Part shown: in pieces, positions 24,189 to 36,164 of the stretch | Layout: the number at the start of each line of letters is the position of its first letter | Position numbering within the stretch: position 1 is the stretch's first letter | DNA from: Podarcis cretensis | Lineage: Eukaryota | Assembly: GCA_951804945.1 (NCBI GenBank) | Contig: OX638155.1 | Coordinates: 28,768,001 to 28,832,000, forward strand | Reading direction: 5' to 3' | Length of the DNA: 64,000 nt | Made by a program: the position numbers and the translations under genes | The notes under the pieces: model-generated | Seen by the model: only the letters and a program-made list of their open reading frames with translations | The model's database searches: none | Told to the model about the DNA's origin: nothing

Positions 24189-25460
24189 CAAAAAGTTCTC
24201 TTCAGAAAGATCTGGTGTGCCATCCTAAATAACTTCCATCCAGTGCCTCAAAGGGAAAAACCTGAAGTCTAAGACTGTATTTGTGCCTTAAGGAGGATTT
24301 TCTTGGTTGTTGTTTGTTTTTAAGCAGAAGCAGGGGACTCCAATGCTACTTGCCCTTTTAAAGTATTTGCACAACGGTAGCCTTTGGTTCTTCTAATTTC
24401 TAAGTACACCAAAGAGGATTATAAAGTATGGACCATGGCTGAAGCAGCAAAGGTACAGACAAAAACCTGCGCGCTGTTTCAATCTTCAGTTCTGTTTCTC
24501 TAAGCAGGCACCTGCCAAATCCTGGTGGCGATGCCCACAAGGAAAAAACAGAGGCTGTAGCTAAGAAATGAAATGCACTATTCAAGGCAAAAATCTCCAT
24601 TCTTAAATGTAGCCAAGCTCTCCTTGCTTAACTTTAAAGGCCTGCAAACTGTAGGTGAGAACGTTGATTGGCAAGGTAAGTGCCTTGTATGAACTGCTGC
24701 ACTTAGGTTTCTGCAACACACACTGTGTTAAAGCAAGTTTTGTTCCTTGCCCTTCAACAGGGACATAACTGGCAATGTGCCCCTATAGCTATCACAAAAG
24801 GAAGTGTTCTAGAGGTTAAATTGTCCCATCAGGCTAACAGGAAGAAGCTTGTACATTTGCTCTAAAGGGAATTTCTATGCTTACATTCCGCAGCTCTCCC
24901 TCTTGCTAGTTTTGATCCCTCCCCTCCTTTTGAAAGCCTGACTAAAGAAGAAAAAGAGGTGTGGGAAGGGGGGGGGTAGAGGTGGTAGGACAGACCATGC
25001 AGGAGAACTGGCAGGTGGCAAGTTACTCAGTCTCACTGACCCAATTAAAAAGCACTCTTCAGATTGTGATCTGGTTGGTCAGGAATAAACTTGCACCTCT
25101 CACTTCTGCAAACATGAATTTAAAATGTATATACAATACTTATTTCTAATGTAAGAGAAATGTTTCCCCAAGGCAAGGAAAAGTGCACTTCCCTTTGACT
25201 ACTTTGCTCTTGTAAATAAATGAAAATGATAATTTATTGCAACTGTCAGATATAGTAATTTTGATGTACTATTAGCAAGACCAAGATTTTTTTTTTTGTA
25301 AAAAAAAGATTTATTCAGAAACTGTGTGTGTAAACAATTGTACCACTTGATTTTTACAGGAGTCATGACTTGCAGTTCAGCCTGCTCATGAGATTGTGCT
25401 TCATTAGGTTTTTAAAAGTCACCATGTTGAATAAAGGCTCCCTTTAAGGCAGAAACATGT
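24189..25460 (+). other. BMP6: BMP6 3' UTR (end approximate)
   Basis: Follows the stop codon; AATAAA at 25215-25220 and 25430-25435, the latter followed by a GU-rich tract near 25457. Confidence 0.55.
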
Positions 25461-26762
25461 GTGTTGATCTGATACATCTGCCATATCTCAGTTAGCCCTT
25501 TCCATTCTTCCTATGTGTTATGTACCCCCTGACTCTACACCCCCCACCCCCAAATTTGTGCTGGACACATTTCCTGGCCTTCAATAGGAAGGGCAAAAGT
25601 ACAGTACAAAAATTAGAAATGTAGATATGGCTAATGAAAGTTGCGTTGCTCCATCTGCAACAAACAAATGGCAACAGCATCTTTCTACAGAGAAAACATC
25701 TAGCCTATGTACATACCTGAAAACTCCCCCAATAAAATGGCAATAAATGTTTATATATAAACCAGATTTTTTTTCCCCAGCATCTAGTTTGCTGCTGTAG
25801 TTTAAGTGTCTTTCAGTACCTGCACTAGAAATTCTTTGGCTTTAAGTCTGTCATATTGAATACCAAGCTGGAAAGGAGGGGGACTGGCTGGAGAGAAGCT
25901 ACTCAGAATGAAAGACCACCTGGAAAAACTTATAGGTAGGTTTTGTTCCTTTGTTTATATTACCTGGAAAGAGGCTCTTTAACCATGATTAATAAACTAC
26001 AGCCCCTGAAGTAACAAAAATAACCTATCTCTAGGTTTTAAAAGAATTTTAAAAAAGTTGTTTTTTTTAAAAAAGGGATGGCCGGTCATGATCTGGGTCA
26101 GCACAAAAGGAGCCAAATCTCTTTGCAAATGGCTGAACAAGAACTATTGTGTCTTTGAGCTGTCAAAAACTACCCGACAAATGGCATGGTTCAATAATAA
26201 ATGCAGGCACACATAGTACCATTGCTTTTTGATGTACATCCCTCATGATGAGGGAACACAAAATGACAGCAGTGGTCAGGGGCGTCTTTCCAAAGTGTGT
26301 GTGTGTGTGTGTGTTTGTTTTCCTTTGCCGTTTCTATTGATGAGACATTTAAAAAGCACCGATTTGCCAGAAATAAGTTTACAATGTGCAGTTTTGCAAA
26401 GGTCCAGGCATGTAGTAAGTTTGTAACTTGTGTAAACTGCCATCATCTACCAGGCCCTTTCCTTACTGGTTTTAGATACAAAAAGGCAACTGACTACCAG
26501 GACAAAATGGAAGTTCATTAACACAACTAATAATGAAAACTGTTTCCAATTTGAACTATGGTTGCTTGTTGTAAGCTTCCCTTAAGCTCAGCACAGTAGG
26601 GCTTTAGAGGAAACACACACACACACAGGGATACCACATTTTAGTACATTCAGTTTCCCAAATGACCACTATTGGAAATCTGGTACCAGCACACCTTGAT
26701 TCAACTCCCTTGTTTACTGGACAGACACAGCTTGAGGAGCAGTATCCAAACAGACATGTTTT
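25210..26762 (-). other. TXNDC5: TXNDC5 3' UTR (end approximate)
   Basis: First canonical minus-strand AATAAA after the stop is at 25315-25310, the next at 25238-25233. Confidence 0.5.
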
Positions 26763-26885
26763 CTACAGTTCATCCTTTGCTTGCCCCAGGACAAAGTTGT
26801 GCAGTGTTTCAAGATCTCTGGCTCCGGTGTGCTCAGTGACTTTTTCCCCACCACGGAAAAGCATCAGTGTTGGGTAGCCACGAAC
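26763..26885 (-). CDS. TXNDC5: TXNDC5 exon 10 coding part ([40 protein letters not shown])
   Basis: tttgaag acceptor; KDEL ER-retention signal then TAG at 26765-26763; exon total 1248 nt = 415 aa + stop. Confidence 0.96.
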   Translation of the reverse strand, partial: VRGYPTLMLFRGGEKVTEHTGARDLETLHNFVLGQAKDEL

Positions 26886-27400
26886 CTTCAAAAGGAGAGA
26901 AAAGAATGTAGGTGAAAAAGCAACTGCAATCCTGTATGTCCTGACTCAAAAGTAAAAGGCTCTTGCATATGGCCAGTTCATAGTGGGCATGGCACTGCTT
27001 GGAATCTCTTATTTTTTTGTGTGGTGCCCACATATCATCCTTGCCAACCTGTACTTCCCTCACCCCCTCCAGATTTCCTCTTTAGAAAAGCTGAGAACTT
27101 AAAACAATCTGTTATACATATTATGTCGCTGCTGGATGGAAGGGAGTTTCAGCAGGTGGCCCTCATGTTCATAACATGAGCAAATTAGCACAAGACCTGT
27201 AATAAGACAGAGTGAGTAGTTGGGGTTGCTTAATCTCCTGAGTGGAAGGTACGCTTATGCCAATTGTTCTGTAAATTACAATAACCTCTCTCTTCAAACA
27301 TTCTCCAACTTTAGCTTAAAGCACCTCAAGAACTGCTCGTATTGCTGAGGAGTATTAAACCGGGCTTTATTCTCTTCCTTCTGTTTTCAAGCTTCGCCAA

Positions 27401-27878
27401 AGGCCACTCTAGATATATACATTTAAACCACTATGATATCACTTCAAACCTTTAACGGCTTCCCCCAAAGAATTCTGGGAGGTGCTGAGAGTTGTTAGGA
27501 GACCCGTATTCCCCTGTGTGGCTTAACATTCAATCCCTATTCACAGAGAACTCTGGGAATTGTAGCTCTGTGAGGGGAATAGGGATCTCCTAACAGATCT
27601 CAGCCCCTTAAATAAAGTGCAGCTCCCAGAATTCTTTGGGGGAAGCCGTTAAGGTTTAAAGTGTTATCCTACTGGTTTACACTGGCAGCAACTCCTGGGG
27701 CCCGGAGACCCACAAAAAAATTATTATGGGTACTCGGCACCTGGCCTCACGGGCGGTGGTAGAAGTCGCATCTTGAGGCCCCGGGGGGCCTCCCAGGCCC
27801 AGACGCTGCTGAGCACCCATAATCTGGGGCCTAATTCAGTGCCAGTGCTGGTTTAAATGTGTAGTGTGCATGTGGCCC
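27401..27878. mobile_element. Long-palindrome MITE (PIF/Harbinger-like termini) with nested hAT MITE
   Basis: Inverted arms aaacctttaacggcttcccccaaagaattctgggag / ctcccagaattctttgggggaagccgttaaggttt; GGCC termini. Confidence 0.65.
27680..27847. mobile_element. hAT-type MITE
   Basis: TIR CACTGGCA/TGCCAGTG; perfect 8-bp TSD ctggttta (27672-27679, 27848-27855). Confidence 0.85.
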
Positions 27879-28391
27879 AAGAGTCTCCTCCCTCTTCAGA
27901 CAGAAGGAAGACCCTGGTGCATGGAGGTGTCAGAGATTTGTGAAAAGAAAAAAGCAGCAAGAGGCGGCAGGTATCTCCATACAGCAGGAAGGCTCCCCCT
28001 TCCTTGCTGCTTCCTGCTTCCCTTCCCACAAACCTCTCATCAGGACTGATTTGATCGCCCCCCCCCCTCAGCAGCACAACTGGATTGCAAGGTGCTTTAA
28101 GTTGAAGTTAAACAATAGCTGGAGAGAGCCAGGAGAGAGGAAATATCTTTAACATACAGAGAACGCATGCAACTCCCCCAGCCCTGCCAGAAAAGTGGTC
28201 CCCATCACTTTGTAGTTTAATTAGGAAAAGGTTTCTGGCCAAGCACGGTCAAAATGAAAGGTATTCAAGGAGCTTGGTCATGATCAAGGCTACACTGAGA
28301 ACTCTGTATGTGCAGTGGGGCTTTGGAGATTACCTCCTCCGTTTTCAAAGTGTCCCCACAGCGTCCCAAAAGCCATGCCCTAAATTCAGTA

Positions 28392-28572
28392 CAGTAGTAC
28401 CTCCGGTTACGTAACCCTCTGGTTACGTAAACTTCGGGATGCGAAAGCGGCAATCCCGGAAGTATTTGACCGGGTTTTGCTTCATGCGCAGCAGCAGTCC
28501 TCAGGTTGCGGAAACCTTGGGATCCGACCGTACCTCCGGAACGGATCCTGTCTGCAACCGGAGGTACCACTG
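28392..28572. mobile_element. MITE family A-related variant
   Basis: TIR CAGTAGTACCTCCGGTT / AACCGGAGGTACCACTG, TA TSD; different interior. Confidence 0.8.
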
Positions 28573-28828
28573 TAGTTTCAGAACCACATCTGACCACACA
28601 TAGTGCGGTTAAGCAGGTACAACGAGCACATTATGTAGAAACTCCTCAGCTTTAGCTCATGTCTTTTTACACAAGCCATAGTGAAAAGATTCTGTGCACA
28701 TTCTTTCCTAGTTACTTTGGAGACACTAGTTACTTTGGAGAGTTAACTGTAAACCAAGCAGCCACACACTTGCAATTTGAACAATTAAGCACAAACACAG
28801 TGTAAAGTCATCTAGCTTCCATACTTAC

Positions 28829-28958
28829 GGAAAATCTATTGCAGACATTGCGTTCCATGGTGCAGTCGACTTCAGCTATCTTGACGTCTACTGGTCCTGG
28901 AAAGTTCTTTTTTGAGAGATTCTCCCAAGTGGGAGCCAGGTTTTTACAATGACCGCAC
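28829..28958 (-). CDS. TXNDC5: TXNDC5 exon 9 ([43 protein letters not shown])
   Basis: ccccag acceptor, gtaagt donor; 130 nt; third CGHC. Confidence 0.96.
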
Positions 28959-31900
28959 CTGGGGGGAGGGATTAGCATGAAAGCATATATCATTTTTTAA
29001 ATAAATAAAAAATCCCCATGTTGCTTTCAATATATAACAGAGGTTTGTTTCTTTTAAGTAACGTTTTTAAAGTATAAAACAATACTTTTCAAGCCAGAAT
29101 CTCAAATAAAAAGCACAAATTAAGAAAAATCCATCCTACCGCATGAGACACTGGATCATTTTCAATAGCCATACAACACCAAAAAACTTTGAGTTGTATC
29201 TACTTCAACCATTCTTAGGCAGCACTAGATCATCCAAAAATTACAAATAACACTTTGTCCCACATTTGATGAGGCAAGGGTCGGCAAAAGGTCAGGAAGA
29301 GTCCCTGCCCCCTCATTCCTTAGGAGGGTGCAGATCTCCTTGAAGAGCAGCACGAGACTCTACTGCTTTCCAAGTGCTTTGTGAAAGGGACGGAGACAGC
29401 AGTAAACTTAATTTTGGCTACCAATTTAAAGGAGGAGGGGGGAAAAACCCCACTGATAATTCATCTTTTTCTGCTGTGATGTAAATGTGCCCTCCTCTAA
29501 CAACCTAGGTTTCCTTAAAGTTGGAGGTGATGTCTCATAGTCATCAAATTAGGAAATAACGTACCATTTGAGCAAACAATTCTGAAGCCACAGCCCTAAA
29601 CCCACATATTCCTAAGTAGGTTCTTGCTGAAATCAGTGAAGCAAAATGTCCTGACACCACAGCCCTCTAGCTTACCTAAAACTCAGAAAGCAATAAAGGA
29701 AGGTTTCCACCTCTGACATGTTGTTTATACAACACCGAGGCTAAAATTTAAAATATGCTACTATCCATCATTTCTCCCGCTAGCTCAGAAAAGGTGGTGG
29801 TGTTTTTTAGAGAAGGAGTAGGAGTGGCTTTGTTATTCTAGAAGTAGGTCTATTTCAAAATCACAACTCTAGCACAGCTAGTGCCCCAACCCTTTAAGTT
29901 ACCTCGCCAGAAAAACCTAATATTCATTCCTCTGCTGCTGGTTCGTTCTTGTTGTAACAGATTCATAAATTTAAAAATTGCCTCCATAAACCAAAGAGGG
30001 TCCAAATATTGTGAGGTTATATATGAGGAAGTGGGTTAGCGGTTTCCTCATTTCCTCCCTGCATCCCATAACTTACCTGGCAAGCAACAGAATTATCTTA
30101 AGATGCAGCAAAGTAACCAGGCAAGTACTGGGATGGTTAATGTTTTCTGCCAATCCAAATGCCCATCTAATGTTCCAGTCACATTTGCACAGGGGGCAGA
30201 TGCAGGACTGTGCTTTGAAACAGACCTGCTTCCCGTGGAACACCCAGTCTGTGTTATGCAACAACATGGCATGCAATCCAGTCACAAGCGAAGCACTTTG
30301 ATGCTCAACTGATGCTCCACTGCAAAGAGTCTAAACACTTACTAAATTGTGGCCACAGCATGTCCACAGTAAGCTGCACTGGAATAAACCTGCAAACCAA
30401 CTCGGTGCATGAATATACTATCCCTGTTATTATAAAGTAGATGTTAGCAAACTGGCAGCCTTCAAGCTGAAATCAGCCTATGCACGTAAATCAATTTTTG
30501 ATCTATCACTGCTGTGACATTAAGTTCCGCACTACTTTCCCATTCAGTAGCTGATTCAAGGCACTACTTATAAAAATATTAAAAACCTGCTTCCTGCCTT
30601 GGGAAACAAAAGGAATCATTTTTAAGGTCTCTTACTATATACAGGGTGTGTATTAAGAGGGCTACTGACCATATGTACTGAAAACTATTAAGATGAGATG
30701 GGCTTTTTACTTGTCGTTCAGTTTAATGTTAATATTTACTTAAAACAAAGTAAAGGGCAAAAGGAGACCTCAGAGAACTAGCGGTTGCTTAGCCAAACAT
30801 AAAACAGATGACATGCAAGAGAAAAAGGTCAATTTGTATACAATGAACTATAATTGTGTACACAATTTAGCTAGCCAGGAATAGGCTCCTGGCTATTTGT
30901 GTAGTAAACATTAGCCTGAACTGAAGCTTTTCATGGAAACAACTTGTTGCCAAATGAGAGTGGATTTGGTCAGGTGGCATTTAGAATATCTTTAACACAG
31001 CCCTCACTTTTGGATATTTAGCATCCTTGTGGCATGGCTCTTTTTAGAATGAAGTCAGGAGAGAATGGAAGCTATATTTGGAATGCAGCTCTGCTCTAAG
31101 ATTTGCAGAAGAGCTCAGTGAATTCTACAGGTATCTCCTCTCTTTCACATGTATCCTTCTCACCTGTAAATAGTTAAGACCAGACCAGTTTCACCTAATG
31201 CCATTCATCTAAGTGCCACCTGCTAAGTGGCAGGCTTGGTGGGTGAATTGCATAGGGACAACCTACGTGTCATATTGCTAACAACTTTCCCAAACTCCAG
31301 GTTTCCCTACTATCAGCAATAGCATAGAATAAGAAGACGGGAAGTCTCCAGGGGCCTGGGATGCCAGCAAAGACACCACAGAACAGTATGGTGGAGCTAG
31401 CACTGCATGAGATCAAGAACCGAACCACTTCCGTAGTTAAATAAATTTTCACAACCATGCTTGGCCATCAAGTCACTAGGTGGTCTTCAGCCAGTCTCTG
31501 GGCCGATCCACACACCATATTTATCATGCAATGACTACAGCAGCACACATCTGTCAGTAAGTCACCACCGATCTAACAGAACTTTTGCCTGGCAATTTTG
31601 TTTGCTGTGATGTGAGTGGAGAAGTGGGGTATAACATTAACAACTGAACTTTAGTCCATCAGACAGAACAAGTTGGTTCTTGACTGTGTCATTCTTAGAC
31701 TGGGTGAAATCAGTTGAGGAGCCAACTCAGTGTTTTACAATATAAGCAATTCATACTTTCAGTATAATGAAACTCTGCGAAACTGACTTACACATATGTG
31801 AACCAGACCTCAACCTCATAGTACCGATTGTGTACCTATGGCAATTAAATCAGATCTGATACCCCTCCCCCAAATAAAACATGCTTAAACCTCTGGGGTT

Positions 31901-32983
31901 CTATGTAGCATGAACAGAAGAATTCCTTTTTAGCATCAGCTTAGGCAGGATCGTATGTTATAAAGCAAGATGTACAAAATGTCATACATGCAAAATCTTG
32001 AGACTGTTATGGCCTGAGTCAAATACATCCAACACAAAGGCCTGGGAATAAGTACATTAAGAGGACAATCTCAGCAGGATTTGGGCACGTGTAAAATGTT
32101 TTTTTAAAGATTTGAGACACGAATCAAAGTAGAAAAGGAAGAGGGGCAAGGAAAGTAGAATTTTCCTCTCCACCACAGCATAGCACAGTAGGGAGGAAAG
32201 GGAGGAAAACAACTTCTTCTCTTGCAATCACTACAGTGCTGAGGCAGCCATTTCTATTACCACTGTGCTAGCAGGAGAGGAATATCTCTGTCCTCTCCAG
32301 TGGAAACACAGTGCTTTCTCTGCATTTCAGGGAGCCATCTCTGAAGAGCAGAGAGAGTGGTTTTCCTGTGCAACTGCAGGAGGGGAGGATCTTCACAGCA
32401 CAGCATTGCAATAGAGAAGATATCCCTTTGCTTAACTTTCAAAGGCACCTCTCTTTCCTCTTGCGCACCACCACTGCTAGGCGCAAAGTCCTTTCCGTTT
32501 CCTGACCGGTGAGACCTCCCAGCAGTTGCAGCATGAAAGAAAGAGGAGAAGCCCTGCTGCAACAGGTAGAGGTGCTGCCATTGGCTAATCTGACAGGGGT
32601 AGATGGACCTCATCATGCAGTTTGCTAGGCCTGATTTAGCATGTAGGCTCACCATTCCTGCCCTAAACAGCCAGCAAATTAACAGTCTGCCAGGGGTACC
32701 TCCAGCTCATCTCTAACAAGACAAGGAGGCAAAGAATAGCTCCCAGATGGAAACTAGTTTTCACTTCTGGATAAATGCTACCAACAGGAAAATAAAGTCA
32801 CAATTATCCCACTCTAAAGGCGGAAATAAGTAAGTGAGGAGAACAACAGCAGCAACAACAGCAGCACAGAAACAAAAAGTTCAAATGCCTGCAATCCCAA
32901 ATGTTTTCTCTGTTGAAAACATTTATCTGTTCACTTCATTTGTTGATCTAGTAATCAATAAAATCCTCATGCAGAAAACTTAC

Positions 32984-33066
32984 CACGGAGCGTAGAACTT
33001 AATGAAGGTGATCCCCTGAGACACTTCTTTATCAAAGTCTTTTTCAGAGAGGGAAAGGACTTTGCC
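32984..33066 (-). CDS. TXNDC5: TXNDC5 exon 8 (GKVLSLSEKDFDKEVSQGITFIKFYAP(W))
   Basis: gacag acceptor, gtaagt donor; 83 nt; read manually. Confidence 0.95.
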
Positions 33067-33820
33067 CTGTCAAAGGAAAGGGAGGTGAAAGTCAAACGGC
33101 TTCAAACATGCCAAGTGCGTACTTGGAAGTGATACAAGTCTCTCGCCACTGCTATGATGTATTAAGAAAAAGGAGTGCATAGAGGAAGCCAAGCCACACA
33201 TATGCCAAATGCCAAAGTGTGGAGATTTCCCAACCTCCACCCAATACATGAGGCTTTTCAATACATCTTGAAGTTGCTTCCCCCTCCACAAAGCACCCTT
33301 GCTGGGCCAGGCCAATTGTTTGCCCTGCAGTTCATCTACCATCAGGTGAGAGCCATTGGAAGGGGGACACTCAGAGACACATATGCAGCTACAGTCACTG
33401 AGGAGCTAATTAAAAGCAATCTGTAAAAGCAAGGAGTGCCTTGAAAATCCCTCATATGAGTACTGCACCCTAAATGGACATCACTATCATTTTAATTTTC
33501 TGGATTCAAATTCCTTGTTCAGCACCTCCTGTTTTATTGTAGTCCCATCGTCCCCCTCCATTTGTTCCCTGCCTTCTTGCTGTGCCAACCCAAAACAGGG
33601 CAGAATCTGATTATGACTACCTCTGTCCTGGCAACAAGCCGTGATGTCACAAGGATGGTGACTTAAGTGAGAAAGAGGCAACAGGAAATGTAACATATAC
33701 CATCCAATAGGAAGGGAACACCTCTCTATTTAGCTACATATATTATCTTTAAACACAAAAGGATGAGCAGCCAGGAACCATTTCATTCAGAAACGAAGCT
33801 GATATACACAGTATAGCGAC

Positions 33821-34165
33821 GTAAAGGTAAAGGTACCCCTGACCATTAGGTCCAGTCGTGACCGACTCTGGGGTTGCGGCGCTCATCTCGCTTTATTGGC
33901 CAAGGGGGCTGGCGTACAGCTTCCGGGTCATGTGGCCAGCATGACTAAGCCGCTTCTGGCGAACCAGAGCAGCGCACAGAAACGCCATTTACCTTCCTGC
34001 CAGAGCGGTACCTATCTATCTACTTGCACTTTGACATGCTTTCAAACTGCTAGGTTGGCAGGAGCTGGGACCGAACAACGGGAGCTCACCCTGTCGCGGA
34101 GATTCGAACCGCCGAACTGCAAGTCCTAGGCTCTGCAGTTTAACCCACAGCACCACCCGCGTCCC
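33821..34165 (-). mobile_element. Sauria-type SINE
   Basis: Reverse complement of the 17902 copy; TSD atagcgac (33813-33820, 34166-34173). Confidence 0.9.
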
Positions 34166-34375
34166 ATAGCGACATATGTATGTATGTTTGTGCATGTTTA
34201 CATGAATGCACAGCTCCGTGGCAGCAGTCAATGCACACTTTTTAAAAAGCAACAACAGCTTTATTGCAAATTCTGATCAAGTGTTCTAACTAGAACCCCA
34301 GTGGAGGCATGACAGCAAAATCGCAAGAATGATTTTTAGAGTTTGGGGAAAACATTTAAGAGGTATTATTTAGGA

Positions 34376-34608
34376 CATGGGATGTGGCCCAATTGCCTTC
34401 TCAATCCAGCCTGCAGACGGTCCGGGAATCAGTGTGTGTTTTTACGTGAGTAGAATGTGCCCTTTTATTTAAAATGCATCTCTGGGTTATTTGTGGGGCA
34501 TAGGAATTCGTTCATTTATTATTATTATTTTCAAAATATAGTCCAGCCCCCCACAAGGTCTGAGGGACAGTGGACTGGCGCCCTGCTGTAAAAGTTTGCT
34601 GACCCCTG
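34376..34608. mobile_element. Internally deleted hAT-type non-autonomous element
   Basis: Right TIR tttgctgacccctg; 8-bp TSD atttagga (34368-34375, 34609-34616). Confidence 0.7.
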
Positions 34609-34621
34609 ATTTAGGACTTAC

Positions 34622-34765
34622 CTCTTCTTCTGGAGTTGCTTCTCTAGGTGGTGACGGTGCTTCTGTAGGTTTAGCATCTCCTGAGGCTTCTTTGGCATCT
34701 TTTAGCTGGGATTCTACATATTCTTTCAAAGAGTCCAAATCTCTCTTTCCTTTGTATTGGTCAAC
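34622..34765 (-). CDS. TXNDC5: TXNDC5 exon 7 (VDQYKGKRDLDSLKEYVESQLKDAKEASGDAKPTEAPSPPREATPEEE)
   Basis: ttgtag acceptor, gtaagt donor; 144 nt. Confidence 0.95.
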
Positions 34766-35280
34766 CTACAAAACAACAACAACAACAACAACAAGTGAAT
34801 TATTTAGTTTAGCAAACCTTTCTTGAATCCCCATTTGAAGTTGTTCACGTTTAAGCACTCATTGCTACATATCTATTATCATCCTACCAATTCATTAGCT
34901 TGGTTTATTGAATTCCACAGCTTAAGTTTTTTGCTTTTTGCCAAGAAAGAGATCCTTGCAAATCTTAATGCATTTTGAGTAACAAAGTGAGAGTTTCAGT
35001 AAGTTAAGAGTTCCTTTTAAAAAGAATATAAAACTTTGCATTTTCCGTATTTTTTTCAAAAATTTCCACCTACACACCCACAAAAAACAAAACAAAAACA
35101 CCCGGTGAGGAAAAAGCAGCTTCAAAATTTCTGGAAATTTCACATCTCTGTCTAGAACCCTGAGTTAGCAGAATTCTAAAAGGTGTGAGGAGCTTCCCTG
35201 AGTATAGGAGGCCCTGAACACGAGGGAACTTGAAAGGAGCTGTGCAACTACTGGGGGAGCGCTAAAGTTACGATCCATGT

Positions 35281-35281
<1 letters not shown>

Positions 35282-35317
<36 letters not shown>

Positions 35318-35531
35318 TTTATACCCCGCCCATCTGGTTGGGTTTCTCCAGTCACTCTGGGCAGCTCCCAACAAAATATTAAAAACACGATAAAACATCA
35401 AACATTAAAAACTTTCCTAAACATGGCTACCTTCAGATGTCTTCTAAAAGTCAGATAGTTGTTTATTTCCTTGACATCTGGTGCGAGGGCGTTCCACAGG
35501 GCGGGCGCCACTACCGAGAAGGCCCTCTGCC
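35282..35531 (-). mobile_element. L2-clade LINE 3' end with (GAT)n tail
   Basis: Reverse complement of the 7426-7655 family; (ATC)n at 35282-35317. Confidence 0.8.
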
Positions 35532-36077
35532 TTCAGCTCCTTTTAAAACTTGTGTCGCCCCTTCAAGTGAGCAATAACTGAACAGGAAGGGCCAGGATTT
35601 AAGGCAAGTGCTCTGAAACCAAAGCACACACTCCAGGAGCAAGGTAATTATTCTTTCCCCTGATGCTCATGCATGCTCTCCATCATCCCATTCCACCCGA
35701 CCCCAGTGAGGAGGAAGATCCACAATGACTCAATGCTCCACTGACTGGAGCATGTTCTCCTTTGCAGCCTTGTCCAAAGGCAACACTCATGATGGTTTAC
35801 ACCTCTGTGAAAACGGGAGCTCAGTAGTGGAAGCTGGAGGTATTTTATATGTGTGTGTCTGCATTATATTTGTGTGTGTGTGTATAAAATGACATGTTTG
35901 TTCTACTCGGCATTTCACAGCTCCTATGACCTGTGGCTATGTAAAGCTTCAGTTTCACAAACTACACCATTGGGCTTTCACAGTCCATTCCAGGGCAAGC
36001 CTGAAAGTGACGTAGCCGATCCCATCACATAAACATAGGAAACGGAATAAAGGGGGCAAGCTTCGTAATAACCTCAC

Positions 36078-36164
36078 CTTCTCTCCTCCTCTGAACCAAA
36101 GGAGGGTTGGGTAGCCGCGCACTTGGTTTTCCGAGCAGACTTCATTATGTTGTGTGCAGTCCAC
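36078..36164 (-). CDS. TXNDC5: TXNDC5 exon 6 (VDCTQHNEVCSENQVRGYPTLLWFRGGEK)
   Basis: tttcag acceptor, gtgagg donor; 87 nt. Confidence 0.96.
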
